From positions 1 through 24,043 of the IMG/VR virus record IMGVR_UViG_3300032332_000119: a stretch of 24,043 nt of DNA; one strand, given 5' to 3'. Below the pieces are notes generated by a model. It did no database searches. It was not told the origin of the DNA and saw only the letters and a list, made by a program, of their open reading frames with translations. Below, piece after piece: positions 23,627 to 24,043 of this stretch (its first letter is position 1; each line of letters begins with the position of its first letter). Source of the stretch: a virus (taxonomy: Duplodnaviria; Caudoviricetes). A program made the position numbers and the translations under genes.

Positions 23627-23893
23627 TCATCCTCCCGTTCTCCTGTTCTGGATAATGTCGTGGAACTCGCCGATCAAGTCCCAGCGGCCTTGGATGTACT
23701 CGTTGCTTGCACCGATACCCTTCTTCGGCTTCAGCAACTCAGCCTCAATGGCATCACGCTCGGCAGCGGCAACAACGGCGGCAAATTTCTCCAATTCAGT
23801 CTCTGTAAACAGTACACCGTCATGCCGCCCCATGAAGAGCACGGGGTATACAGCACCTACTGAATCTGCAAGTTCTTTCGTTTTTTCTTTCAT
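23627..23893 (-). CDS. Hypothetical protein (88 aa)
   Basis: ATGA-coupled; LEKFAAVVAAAERDA helix. Confidence 0.7.
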   Translation of the reverse strand: MKEKTKELADSVGAVYPVLFMGRHDGVLFTETELEKFAAVVAAAERDAIEAELLKPKKGIGASNEYIQGRWDLIGEFHDIIQNRRTGG

Positions 23894-24042
23894 GTCCGGT
23901 TCCCCCTGCTAGGCAAGCGGTAGGCATCCATCGACCCGGCTCGGGGCACTTGGGCGGTGTGGTCACCGTCGCCGCTGCGGTACGTTGTGTTGCGCCAGTC
24001 AAACTGTTGCTTGAGCGCTTCGCCCTTGGCTTTCTTGCGCTC
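23890..24042 (-). CDS. 3' part of a hypothetical gene running off the window (...ERKKAKGEALKQQFDWRNTTYRSGDGDHTAQVPRAGSMDAYRLPSRGNRT)
   Basis: Open frame from the window edge ending in a TGA that overlaps the next ATG (ATGA). Confidence 0.6.
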   Translation of the reverse strand, partial: ERKKAKGEALKQQFDWRNTTYRSGDGDHTAQVPRAGSMDAYRLPSRGNRT

Positions 24043-24043
24043 G

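Larger units (their letters stand above)
1..24043. mobile_element. Tailed phage genome segment, P22-like podovirus morphogenesis and lysis arm plus convergent accessory arm
   Basis: Gene order terL-portal-scaffold-coat-gp4-gp10-needle-tailspike-ejection proteins-lysis. No tape measure or sheath gene; dense coding with ATGA/TGATG/TAATG overlaps. Free phage versus prophage cannot be determined. Confidence 0.95.

Noticed and set aside
1-24043. Stop-codon reassignment
   Set aside because: Core genes are intact under the standard code, and TAA, TGA and TAG all end genes at sensible boundaries.

Overview
About 24 kb of a tailed dsDNA phage genome with P22-like podovirus architecture, starting exactly at the ATG of the large terminase. 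The + strand (1-19641) is the late arm. It carries terL, two small Lys-rich ORFs, a low-GC orphan, portal, a Dps/ferritin-like gene, scaffold, P22-type coat, accessory head proteins, gp4-, gp10- and needle-like tail proteins, a beta-helix tailspike, three ejection proteins, and a lysis cassette (coiled-coil/TM protein, M15 peptidase endolysin, 3-TM holin). From about 19590 to the end the genes lie on the - strand: small accessory ORFs plus an HTH-metallophosphoesterase, interrupted by one + strand, extremely acidic 60-aa ORF behind a perfect palindrome. The most notable signals are (1) accessory genes assembled from modules joined by exact 18-28 bp DNA repeats, (2) an acidic ORF/palindrome/small DNA-binder unit resembling an anti-defence module, (3) a recurrent N-A-L peptide motif in probable capsid-internal proteins, and (4) a double hairpin over the scaffold RBS. 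All family calls come from motif recognition and gene order; no database search was run. No rRNA, tRNA, CRISPR array, integrase or transposase was recognised.
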